Origin: a virus
Taxonomy: Duplodnaviria > Caudoviricetes
Strand: one strand, 5' to 3'
Length of the DNA: 64,000 nucleotides
IMG/VR virus record: IMGVR_UViG_3300032334_001433
Span: 138,666-202,665 of that record
Positions within the stretch are counted from its first letter, which is position 1; every line of letters starts with the position of its first letter. The position numbers and the translations under genes are program-made. A model generated the notes under the pieces. It did not search any database. It was given only the letters and a program-made list of their open reading frames with translations, and was not told where the DNA came from. Shown one piece after another: positions 19,538-27,465 of the stretch.

Positions 19538-20371
19538 ATGACTATCCGTGAAAATCAAAAAATTGGTATGTTATATACCATGCAAGGACTCGGCGACCAT
19601 ATCATGTTCAATGGTATGGCTCGTCGTTTATTAATAGAACATTCATTAACAACAATCTATGTTGTATCATGGAGACATTATTCTCACATTGTAGAATTTA
19701 TGTATAGGGATGATCCGAGAATAAAAGTATTGTTAATTGATTCTGGTAATGAACATAACGGTATGATAGAACATATAAAAGCAATTATACCAGATTGCAT
19801 ATATCTACTTGGGCATGAAATACAAAGAGGTGTTCCTGGTAAATCTTTTGATGAATTTCTACATTCCGAAACACATCAGTATCAGGCTTCTTGGTCAGAA
19901 CTATCTACAAAATCTATCTACGGAAATCAAGCATATTATGATTTTATGGAAATAGATTGGAAACATCGTTTTATGAGTTTCTACTATGAACGAGATATGA
20001 GAGCAGAAGAAGAACTCTTCAATATGGTTAACCCAAATCATGAGGAGTATATTTTTATACACCATGATCCTACAAGAGGATTAACTATGGATGCCAATAA
20101 GTTATTGGACATTGTAGGAAAGAACATTAAAATTATTTCTGCACCAACAGCACAAAATTCTAATATGAACATCCTACATTTTGGTATGATATTACAGAAT
20201 GCAAAACAGTTTCATACAATGTCATCATCGTTTGCTTGTTTGGTTGAAGGACTCGATATGGATTATGTTGATTTGTATATGCACCAATATATTAGAAATG
20301 CCGGAAGGTTTATTCGAGATGGAAAAACTTGTCCAAGCGAAACAAGAAAGTCGTGGACGGTGATCTTTTAA
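19538..20371 (+). CDS. Putative glycosyltransferase-like protein (GLGDH motif)
   Basis: QGLGDHIMFNGM; same layout as 1127-1915. Confidence 0.45.
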   Translation: MTIRENQKIGMLYTMQGLGDHIMFNGMARRLLIEHSLTTIYVVSWRHYSHIVEFMYRDDPRIKVLLIDSGNEHNGMIEHIKAIIPDCIYLLGHEIQRGVPGKSFDEFLHSETHQYQASWSELSTKSIYGNQAYYDFMEIDWKHRFMSFYYERDMRAEEELFNMVNPNHEEYIFIHHDPTRGLTMDANKLLDIVGKNIKIISAPTAQNSNMNILHFGMILQNAKQFHTMSSSFACLVEGLDMDYVDLYMHQYIRNAGRFIRDGKTCPSETRKSWTVIF

Positions 20372-20382
20372 TTTAAAAAGCA

Positions 20383-20411
20383 TAGACAACTATGCACAAA
20401 TACTATATAAT
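20383..20411 (+). promoter_or_regulatory. Sigma70-type promoter TAGACA-N17-TATAAT for uvsX
   Basis: Exact 17-nt spacer. Confidence 0.7.
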
Positions 20412-20437
20412 ATTATTTTATTACTTAAGGAATAGAT

Positions 20438-21517
20438 ATGTCATTACTAGAACGGTTGAAGAAAAATTCAACAATTAAAGAATCAGAAATTCTAAACAAA
20501 TCCAAATTCTTCGCAAAGAAGGATATGATTCAAACATCTGTGCCTATGATGAATGTTGCATTGTCTGGAAGTCTTGAAGGAGGATTTACTCCTGGACTAA
20601 CAGTATTTGCAGGCCCATCTAAGCATTTTAAAACTGCATTCTCATTACTGCTTACTAAAGCATATATTGATAAGTATCCAGAAGCAGTTGTTTTATTTTA
20701 TGATTCGGAGTTTGGTTCCCCTCAAGCATACTTTGATAACTTTGGAATTGATACTACTCGAATCCTACATACTCCGATTACAGATATTGAACAATTGAAG
20801 TTTGATATTATGACTCAGATTAATAACATTAATCGAGGTGAGCAAGTAATCATTATTATTGACTCTGTAGGAAATCTTGCTTCCAAGAAAGAAGTTGACG
20901 ATGCACTAGAAGGTAAATCTGTTGCAGATATGACCCGTGCGAAACAGATGAAATCTTTGTTTAGAATGGTTACTCCTCACTTGACAATTAAAGATATTCC
21001 TATGGTTGTTGTTAATCATACTTATTCTGAAATTGGATTGTATCCTAAACAGATTGTATCTGGCGGAACAGGATTGTATTATTCTGCAGATAATATCTTT
21101 ATTATTGGGCGCCAACAAGAAAAAGAAGGTAGCGATGTTATTGGATATAACTTTGTTATGAACGTAGAGAAATCTAGGTTTGTTCGTGAGAAATCTAAGA
21201 TTCCAATTGAAGTTACATTTGAAGGCGGAATTAGTAAATGGTCTGGTCTATTGGATGTGGCATTAGAGGGCGGGTATGTTGTTAAGCCATCTAATGGTTG
21301 GTATTCTAAAGTAGATAAAGAAACAGGTGAAATTGATGCTAAGAAATATCGCCTTAAAGATACATATACTAAAGAATTCTGGATGCCAATTTTAACAACT
21401 AAATCTTTTAAAGAATATATTGAAAGCAATTATCGTATTGCAGGAAGTGATATGTTAGGTAAGAGTTTTGATGAAACAGACATCGAAGAGGAATTTGAAA
21501 ATGCCAGTGAAGTATAG
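20438..21517 (+). CDS. uvsX: UvsX RecA-like recombinase
   Basis: AGPSKHFKT, FYDSEFG, IDSVGNLASKKE. Confidence 0.95.
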   Translation: MSLLERLKKNSTIKESEILNKSKFFAKKDMIQTSVPMMNVALSGSLEGGFTPGLTVFAGPSKHFKTAFSLLLTKAYIDKYPEAVVLFYDSEFGSPQAYFDNFGIDTTRILHTPITDIEQLKFDIMTQINNINRGEQVIIIIDSVGNLASKKEVDDALEGKSVADMTRAKQMKSLFRMVTPHLTIKDIPMVVVNHTYSEIGLYPKQIVSGGTGLYYSADNIFIIGRQQEKEGSDVIGYNFVMNVEKSRFVREKSKIPIEVTFEGGISKWSGLLDVALEGGYVVKPSNGWYSKVDKETGEIDAKKYRLKDTYTKEFWMPILTTKSFKEYIESNYRIAGSDMLGKSFDETDIEEEFENASEV

Positions 21518-21791
21518 TCCGTGGGCTTTAAAAAATGAAGATAAAGATTTATGGGGCGTCAAACTTTTGGAAGGTGAGTTTGCCGGAACAATCGTCAGTA
21601 TTGCTTCCATCGCGTTGGAAGATAATAGTGACGGACAACTTGCCGTAGATTTTACTATAATTGAAAAGCCGCCTCATAAAGATGAGAACGATATGAAATC
21701 CGAAAAATTCAATACTGCGTTTTCCGGCATTTTAAACAATATGATAGAACAGGCAATGCATGACTACGAAAATCGAGACAGTAATTCTTGA
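21501..21791 (+). CDS. Hypothetical protein, positional equivalent of T4 gp40
   Basis: Lies between uvsX and gene 41. Confidence 0.5.
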   Translation: MPVKYSPWALKNEDKDLWGVKLLEGEFAGTIVSIASIALEDNSDGQLAVDFTIIEKPPHKDENDMKSEKFNTAFSGILNNMIEQAMHDYENRDSNS

Positions 21792-23172
21792 GAATTTAAT
21801 AAGTGATGACGATTATATGAGAAAGGTAATCCCGTTTCTAAAGCGGGATTATTTTATAGACAATAACGAAAAAATAATTTATGATCGAATAAAAGATTTT
21901 ATTGACCATTATAATTCACTACCAAACAAAGATGCATTGGTAATTGCAGTACAAAACGATAAAAGCCTTACCGAAGATCAGTACAAAGAAATTGTTGACA
22001 TTGTTAATTTATTTGAAAAAACAGAACACAATCGAGATTGGTTGTATAAGGAAACAGAAAAGTTCTGTAAAGATAAAGCAATCTATAATGCTATTCTAAG
22101 TTCAATTGCAATTATTGATGGGCGGGATAAAGGTAAATCTGAGGATGGTATTCCTCAATTGTTGCAAGAAGCACTTGGTGTTTGCTTTGACAATAATGTT
22201 GGTCATGACTATATTCAGAATGCAGAAAGTCGATATGAATTCTATCATCGTGTAGAATCTCGTGTACCTTTTGATTTAGATTATTTTAACAAAATTACTA
22301 ACGGCGGTATGCCTAATAAGACATTGAATGTTTGTCTTGCAGGTACTGGTGTTGGTAAATCGTTGTTTATGTGTCACGTTGCTGCATCTGTTTTAAGTCA
22401 GAATAAAAATGTTTTGTACATTACTTTAGAAATGGCAGAAGAAAGAATTGCAGAACGTATTGATGCAAATCTAATGAATATTACTATGGATCAACTTAAA
22501 GATTTGCCTAAGTCTTTATTTGATAGTAGGATTGAAAAGATTCGTAACAAGACAGAAGGCAATCTGATTATTAAAGAGTATCCAACGGCAGGTGCCCATA
22601 CAGGACACTTTAAGGCATTGTTAAATGAATTGCAGTTGAAGCGACAGTTTAAACCTGATATCATTATTATTGATTACTTAAATATTTGTGCAAGTTCTAG
22701 ATTCAAGTCTGGTTCAAATATTAATTCATATACTTTAATTAAGTCTATTGCCGAAGAACTTCGTGGATTGGCAGTAGAAGAAAATGTACCTATTCTAAGT
22801 GCAACGCAGACGACACGAGGCGGATATGGTAACACAGATGTTGAATTGACAGATACTTCTGAATCGTTTGGTTTGCCTGCGACAGTTGATTTTATGTTTG
22901 CTTTAATTTCTACAGAAGAGCTAGAGCAATTGAATCAACTAATGGTCAAGCAATTAAAGAATAGATATAATGATCCTACATCAAATAAAAGATTTATGAT
23001 TGGGATTGATAGAGCAAAGATGAAACTATATGATCTAGAGCCATCAGCACAAAAAGGATTGACTGATGCTAATTTGGATATTGATAGGGTTGACAACTCA
23101 GCAAAAAGCAATTATAATTTAGGAGATGTGTTCAACAGGACACGTAGAGATTTTTCGGCAATTAAAATTTAA
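21760..23172 (+). CDS. 41: Replicative helicase gp41
   Basis: AGTGVGKS, YITLEMAEE, IIIDYLN, SATQTTR. Confidence 0.96.
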   Translation: MTTKIETVILENLISDDDYMRKVIPFLKRDYFIDNNEKIIYDRIKDFIDHYNSLPNKDALVIAVQNDKSLTEDQYKEIVDIVNLFEKTEHNRDWLYKETEKFCKDKAIYNAILSSIAIIDGRDKGKSEDGIPQLLQEALGVCFDNNVGHDYIQNAESRYEFYHRVESRVPFDLDYFNKITNGGMPNKTLNVCLAGTGVGKSLFMCHVAASVLSQNKNVLYITLEMAEERIAERIDANLMNITMDQLKDLPKSLFDSRIEKIRNKTEGNLIIKEYPTAGAHTGHFKALLNELQLKRQFKPDIIIIDYLNICASSRFKSGSNINSYTLIKSIAEELRGLAVEENVPILSATQTTRGGYGNTDVELTDTSESFGLPATVDFMFALISTEELEQLNQLMVKQLKNRYNDPTSNKRFMIGIDRAKMKLYDLEPSAQKGLTDANLDIDRVDNSAKSNYNLGDVFNRTRRDFSAIKI

Positions 23173-23181
23173 GGAAATAAA

Positions 23182-23376
23182 ATGAACGCACATAACGATA
23201 TTAAAACAAACTTGGCAGCATACGAAGCCGAAAATGAAAAGTTTGAAAAAGGAAACAATGCAGCAGGTACACGTGCTCGCAAAGCTTTACAAGAACTAGG
23301 CAAAGCAATTAAAGCTCGTCGAACAGAAATTACTGAAGTTCGTACAGCTCGCGCGGAAGCAAAAACTAAGGCATAA
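23182..23376 (+). CDS. Hc1-like (histone H1-like) DNA-binding protein
   Basis: KGNNAAGTRARKAL.EL.K..K.RR. Confidence 0.75.
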   Translation: MNAHNDIKTNLAAYEAENEKFEKGNNAAGTRARKALQELGKAIKARRTEITEVRTARAEAKTKA

Positions 23377-23378
23377 CT

Positions 23379-23555
23379 ATGGCAACTCGCAAACCAAAAA
23401 ATACGACTATTGAAACCTGGCCCAAGATTGTTAAAGGCACCCATCTAACGGTTACAAAGCATGAAGATGGTCGTGTTGAATTGGTTTGGGATGATGAACA
23501 ACTTACTAAAGAAGTACTTGCAGCAATTGCTAGCGTAACTAAAAATAAGGCATAA
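23379..23555 (+). CDS. Hypothetical protein (58 aa)
   Basis: Hand-translated MATRKPKNTT...; fills gap exactly. Confidence 0.6.
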   Translation: MATRKPKNTTIETWPKIVKGTHLTVTKHEDGRVELVWDDEQLTKEVLAAIASVTKNKA

Positions 23556-23559
23556 TTAT

Positions 23560-23994
23560 ATGGCAACCTGGTCAATTACTAATCAGTATAAAAAAAGTGC
23601 AATTGAAAAACAATATTGGTACAAAGATGGTAAAGAAATTATCCGCATTGAAGGATATCGCTGGGGCGTTTGGACTTGCGATAGCGATGAAAAGCCTGAA
23701 ATTGATCTAGCTAATGAAGATGAATATCGTATTGGCAGCGACGACTATGAATGGGAAATGGAAGAGATGCTTGATGGCTGTTGGGCAGATTGGGTATTTC
23801 CTGAAGATATGGATGACGACGAACAAGAAGATATTGAAGATGCTTGGAATGAAGACTTCTTTGAAGGGCTAGAAGAATTGGGTTGGTCTCTCGATGAAAC
23901 CGAATATATTATTGAAGGCCCTATTGCATTAACTAATACAGATACAAACGAAAAATTCTTTGGTGAAGAGCCTAATAATTTTGGAGAAGATTGA
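23560..23994 (+). CDS. Acidic Trp-rich hypothetical protein
   Basis: ORF track; operon-coupled. Confidence 0.7.
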   Translation: MATWSITNQYKKSAIEKQYWYKDGKEIIRIEGYRWGVWTCDSDEKPEIDLANEDEYRIGSDDYEWEMEEMLDGCWADWVFPEDMDDDEQEDIEDAWNEDFFEGLEELGWSLDETEYIIEGPIALTNTDTNEKFFGEEPNNFGED

Positions 23995-24815
23995 TGACAA
24001 ATTATTGGTCAAATAGCCATTTTGCAGATTGGATTCGAGGTACCAATAAATTAAAAATGGGTACTTCTGAAGAATGGGATACTTGGATTAAGCAATCAAA
24101 AGCATCTTATCCAATTCGTTATTGGATTGCCGAAGAAGGTCTTGATTCACTACAAAAATTTATCTATCTGCCTGTTAATACAATCTATAATATTAAATAC
24201 TACATTAATAATCGTTTCGTTACTCGTAGTCATGCTCTTACTGCGCATCCGCGGGATATTAAACCTGGTCAATGGCAAGATTTAGGGTATCGTTTTTTAC
24301 CTTGTCTCTTTAACGAATTAGTTAATTTTGTTGAAATAGAACAAGCGTGGCATTATATTGCATGGGATGAGGAAGCTCGTAAAAAATACAAAGCACCTTT
24401 TTGGTCTTGGGGTTGGTGGCGGTGGCGTACATGGCGTAGTCGTGATGCAGGCCTAGCATACCTTGATTGGGCATCTAGTCAGGTAATGGATGAAGGTTGG
24501 GGTGTTGAAAAAGATTCTCCCAATTATGGCAAGCCAACCAATCAAGCAGAAACCGCAAAAGAAATAAAAGCATTATATTTGTGGTGGACTACTGTTTATC
24601 GCTATAGATTAGATCCATTAGAAGCAAGCGGGTGGTCTGCATATTGCGATAAAATACGAAATGAAACTGGTAGTCTTTTTGGCTCAATTGAAAAAGAAGA
24701 TGAAGAAGGTTCGCGCATATTAAAATTATATGATGAGATTGAAAAATCTTACGAAAAAGAAGATGAAGAAATGTTAATTCGTCTAATTAAAGTTAGAAAT
24801 TCTCTTTGGACCTAA
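23991..24815 (+). CDS. Trp-rich hypothetical protein
   Basis: ORF track; operon-coupled. Confidence 0.7.
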   Translation: MMTNYWSNSHFADWIRGTNKLKMGTSEEWDTWIKQSKASYPIRYWIAEEGLDSLQKFIYLPVNTIYNIKYYINNRFVTRSHALTAHPRDIKPGQWQDLGYRFLPCLFNELVNFVEIEQAWHYIAWDEEARKKYKAPFWSWGWWRWRTWRSRDAGLAYLDWASSQVMDEGWGVEKDSPNYGKPTNQAETAKEIKALYLWWTTVYRYRLDPLEASGWSAYCDKIRNETGSLFGSIEKEDEEGSRILKLYDEIEKSYEKEDEEMLIRLIKVRNSLWT

Positions 24816-24824
24816 CCCAACCAT

Positions 24825-24832
24825 TATAAATA
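24825..24832 (+). promoter_or_regulatory. Late promoter TATAAATA
   Basis: Exact consensus. Confidence 0.7.
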
Positions 24833-24848
24833 AAATGGGAGGGCAAAA

Positions 24849-25334
24849 ATGTACGTCACCGTCAGAAACGCGAAAGATAAAACTCTCGTAAAACTACTTA
24901 AATTGGCGGCGCATTCCTATGCAGGAAATTTGCTCTCACCTCAAATGTCAAAAAATATTACTGTTAAAATTACAGTAAAAGACGACATAGATGCTGGGGG
25001 ATATTGTAATTATGAATTTAGTGATACAGGAAATCCTCGAGAATTTACAATTGATATACTTCGTACTAAAAGAACAATTCTTATGTTTAAAATTCTCGCA
25101 CATGAAATGGTGCATCTAAAACAAATAGCCAAAGGAGAAATGAAGGATAGACTTAGTAAAAGTAAGTATATTACATCATGGTTTGGTGTGAAATATGATG
25201 ACGATGTTTCTTATTGGGATCAACCTTGGGAAATAGAAGCATATGGTTTAGAGAATGGTCTTGTTGCAAAATTTATAATAGAACATGATCAATTTAAAAA
25301 TTTAAAACAAAGGCAAGCTGATTGGTTTTTGTGA
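24849..25334 (+). CDS. Zincin-like metallopeptidase (HExxH)
   Basis: LAHEMVHLKQ, PWEIEAY. Confidence 0.75.
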   Translation: MYVTVRNAKDKTLVKLLKLAAHSYAGNLLSPQMSKNITVKITVKDDIDAGGYCNYEFSDTGNPREFTIDILRTKRTILMFKILAHEMVHLKQIAKGEMKDRLSKSKYITSWFGVKYDDDVSYWDQPWEIEAYGLENGLVAKFIIEHDQFKNLKQRQADWFL

Positions 25335-25361
25335 TACGAAAATAACTATAAGGAGCGAAAT

Positions 25362-25514
25362 ATGAATTATACATTTACGCTATATGATATGATACAAATA
25401 GCCCTACTGCTTGCAGCATGCTATTCATGCTTTAAATGGGGCCACAACAAAGGAGTCGAAGATACTTTGGACTATTTAGAATCAGAAGGAGTAATCGAGA
25501 AGGAAAATGCTTAA
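25362..25514 (+). CDS. Small membrane protein (50 aa)
   Basis: SD AAGGAG; MNYTFTLYDMIQIALLLAACYSCFKWG... Confidence 0.65.
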   Translation: MNYTFTLYDMIQIALLLAACYSCFKWGHNKGVEDTLDYLESEGVIEKENA

Positions 25515-25556
25515 AAATTAAGCAAAAAACGACCCTGTTGTTAAAAAACAACACCT

Positions 25557-25588
25557 AGAACCCGAGCATTTGACTCGGGTTCTTTTTT
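25557..25588 (+). terminator. Intrinsic terminator
   Basis: AGAACCCGAG/CTCGGGTTCT 10-bp stem, T-tract. Confidence 0.8.
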
Positions 25589-25598
25589 CTGTTATAAT
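25570..25598 (+). promoter_or_regulatory. Sigma70 early promoter TTGACT-N17-TATAAT embedded in terminator
   Basis: -35 in loop/3' arm, 17-nt spacer, extended -10 TG. Confidence 0.75.
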
Positions 25599-25604
25599 AT
25601 GGTT

Positions 25605-25994
25605 ATGAAATTAGAAATAGGTCAAACCGTAGAGCTGCACGCTAGATTCAAGTCCAATCTACTTAATGTAGAATACGACGATGTAGTGTTCAAGGGTAAA
25701 GTTGTTAGCAATCCTAAGTGGTTGGATAACGATTACGTTTCTGTATATACAGGAACAAAAGAATACCCTACTTCTTATATCCATAAGAGGTTCATTGTTG
25801 GTTTTGAGTTTTCCAAACAGCGCTCTGATACACGAGTGTTCAAGGTAAAGGCCAAACTAAAAGGTTCGGTCTATAACGTAATTTCTGGAAATGGCAAGGT
25901 CTCATGTGATTGCGTGGGGTTCCAGTTCCGTAGAGATTGCAAGCACGTCAAAAAGATTAAGGAATTTTTGCTTTTGGACACAAAAAGTGCTTGA
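25605..25994 (+). CDS. SWIM zinc-finger protein, probably leaderless
   Basis: CDCVGFQFRRDCKH; ATG at predicted +1, no SD. Confidence 0.75.
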   Translation: MKLEIGQTVELHARFKSNLLNVEYDDVVFKGKVVSNPKWLDNDYVSVYTGTKEYPTSYIHKRFIVGFEFSKQRSDTRVFKVKAKLKGSVYNVISGNGKVSCDCVGFQFRRDCKHVKKIKEFLLLDTKSA

Positions 25995-26019
25995 CAAGCC
26001 GCCCGAAAGGGTATATAAT
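25991..26019 (+). promoter_or_regulatory. Sigma70 early promoter TTGACA-N17-TATAAT
   Basis: Perfect consensus. Confidence 0.88.
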
Positions 26020-26067
26020 ATGAAATGTGAAGTCGTTAATTTATTAATTTTTTGAAAGGTCTATATT

Positions 26068-26469
26068 ATGAGTACATTCACAGTTGCAGGTGTTTCCACC
26101 CATGCCGAGCAAGGCACCAAGGTTCGTTTTGCCAATGATCTGGCATCTCGTGTTAAGCTGTTGTCCAAAGGCGGACACGCTCCCCTTGAACTCGTCGAGT
26201 TGCCTAAGCCGATGACTAAAGCAGAAGCTTGCCAGTATCTTCTAGATGCAGGTGGAGTTTTTGAACAATGGACTTCTGTTATTACAGAGACCATGGGCAA
26301 GAAACAAGGTGCTAAGATTAGCACGCCGAAAGTAGTTAAGGCAAAAGCAGTTAAAGCAACAACGGCTAAGGCTCCTGTTGTTAAAGCAAAGCCAGTTAAA
26401 GTTGTGAAAGCTAAGGAAGAAGATTTCGATATTGAAGAAATCAAAGAACTTGCAGACGCAACTTTTTAA
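26068..26469 (+). CDS. Hypothetical early protein with Lys/Ala-rich H1-like tail
   Basis: SD GAAAGG; KAKAVKATTAKAPVVKAKPVK tail. Confidence 0.75.
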   Translation: MSTFTVAGVSTHAEQGTKVRFANDLASRVKLLSKGGHAPLELVELPKPMTKAEACQYLLDAGGVFEQWTSVITETMGKKQGAKISTPKVVKAKAVKATTAKAPVVKAKPVKVVKAKEEDFDIEEIKELADATF

Positions 26470-26510
26470 AAATAAAGTTTAAAAAGTACCGATAGATTGA
26501 TGTTCTAGAC

Positions 26511-26518
26511 TATAAATA
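26511..26518 (+). promoter_or_regulatory. Late promoter TATAAATA upstream of attenuator leader
   Basis: Exact consensus. Confidence 0.75.
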
Positions 26519-26539
26519 ATTTATAGCAAGGAAAAAGTA

Positions 26540-26635
26540 ATGTTAAGTAAACTAATAGCCCACGGAAAAGACATTTATGGCACACAGCCAGAATGCTTTG
26601 CGCGTCCAAATTCATGGAGAGTGCATCGAGGGTAA
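26540..26635 (+). CDS. 31-aa leader peptide containing all 20 amino acids (putative attenuator)
   Basis: SD AAGGA 26528-26532; MLSKLIAHGKDIYGTQPECFARPNSWRVHRG*. Confidence 0.75.
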   Translation: MLSKLIAHGKDIYGTQPECFARPNSWRVHRG

Positions 26636-26662
26636 GTTTACAGAACATTTCTGAAATCTAAC

Positions 26663-26700
26663 AAACCCTCGGTACCCGCAAAGTCCGAGGGTTTTTTATT
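26663..26700 (+). terminator. Intrinsic (attenuator) terminator
   Basis: AAACCCTCGG/CCGAGGGTTT stem followed by TTTATTTT. Confidence 0.85.
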
Positions 26701-26740
26701 TTAAGTATCCTAGCAAAGCAAAGGGTCTTTAAAATAAGAG

Positions 26741-26769
26741 TTGACAAGGTGTCAAGAGTGTGCTATAAT
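26741..26769 (+). promoter_or_regulatory. Sigma70 early promoter of tRNA array
   Basis: TTGACA-N17-TATAAT with extended TG; palindromic -35 region. Confidence 0.88.
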
Positions 26770-26842
26770 AGACACATAAACAGCAACAGAATGATAGAGT
26801 TAGTTGCTTAGTTCTTTTAAAATTTGTATACCATTTTTAAGT

Positions 26843-26916
26843 GTTCGGTTAGCTCAATAGTAGAGCATACGACTGATAATCGTAAGACAGAGGAGCGTTA
26901 CCTCTACCGAATACCA
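26843..26916 (+). tRNA. trnI: tRNA-Ile(GAT)
   Basis: TACGA-CTGATAA-TCGTA; atypical T-loop AGCGTTA; CCA. Confidence 0.85.
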
Positions 26917-26921
26917 TATGT

Positions 26922-26997
26922 GTCCTGTTCATCTAGCGGCCTAGGATAGTACCCTTTCACGGTATTCACACGGGTTCAAATCCCGTACAGGACTCCA
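26922..26997 (+). tRNA. trnE: tRNA-Glu(TTC)
   Basis: GTACC-CTTTCAC-GGTAT; CCA. Confidence 0.92.
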
Positions 26998-27000
26998 TAT

Positions 27001-27226
27001 TAAAATGTATTAGGTTACCAACCCAGTAGGTGATCTAGGAGAGGATTAATCTGTGGCCGCACAGACTCTGCCTAGACACATGAAAGATAGAGATCGACTT
27101 TGAATTGATCTTGGCGTCGCGCTGGAGTAAGTTGGATGGTAATGTGAATGACGACCAGTCGCATGACGAATGCGTGGTTAGTCCCAGTGGGATTGTTGTC
27201 GGACATCCTAGTACATTTTAATATGG
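27001..27226 (+). ncRNA. Unidentified highly structured RNA (~220 nt) within tRNA array
   Basis: 20-bp closing helix (26995-27014/27207-27226) plus at least 7 nested helices; no ORF. Confidence 0.75.
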
Positions 27227-27232
27227 ATATAT

Positions 27233-27308
27233 GTGCGCGTGACCCGAACGGTTAGGGAGCGGATTGCAAATCCGTATCATGCAGGTTCGACTCCTGTCGC
27301 GCACTCCA
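27233..27308 (+). tRNA. trnC: tRNA-Cys(GCA)
   Basis: GCGGA-TTGCAAA-TCCGT; U73, CCA. Confidence 0.92.
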
Positions 27309-27378
27309 AGTGATGATTTAGATGTTAAACTGAATGCGCTAGCAAACGTCCAATCAGGTGCGAAGCCTGTCCTAATTT

Positions 27379-27454
27379 GGTCTTAAAGTGTTCATGGACG
27401 CACGACGGCTTGTCACGCCGTAAGAGCGGGGATCGTTACCCCCTAAGACCGCCA
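27379..27454 (+). tRNA. trnD: tRNA-Asp(GTC)
   Basis: ACGGC-TTGTCAC-GCCGT; G73; atypical T-loop ATCGTTA. Confidence 0.85.
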
Positions 27455-27465
27455 AATTTTATTAT

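Noticed and set aside
16218-23172. Inteins or introns in genes 43, uvsX, 41
   Set aside because: Reading frames are continuous with expected lengths.
26061-26444. Minus-strand ORFs 26061-26444, 23169-23444 and 36117-36554
   Set aside because: Shadows of better-supported + strand genes with SD, promoter or family motifs.
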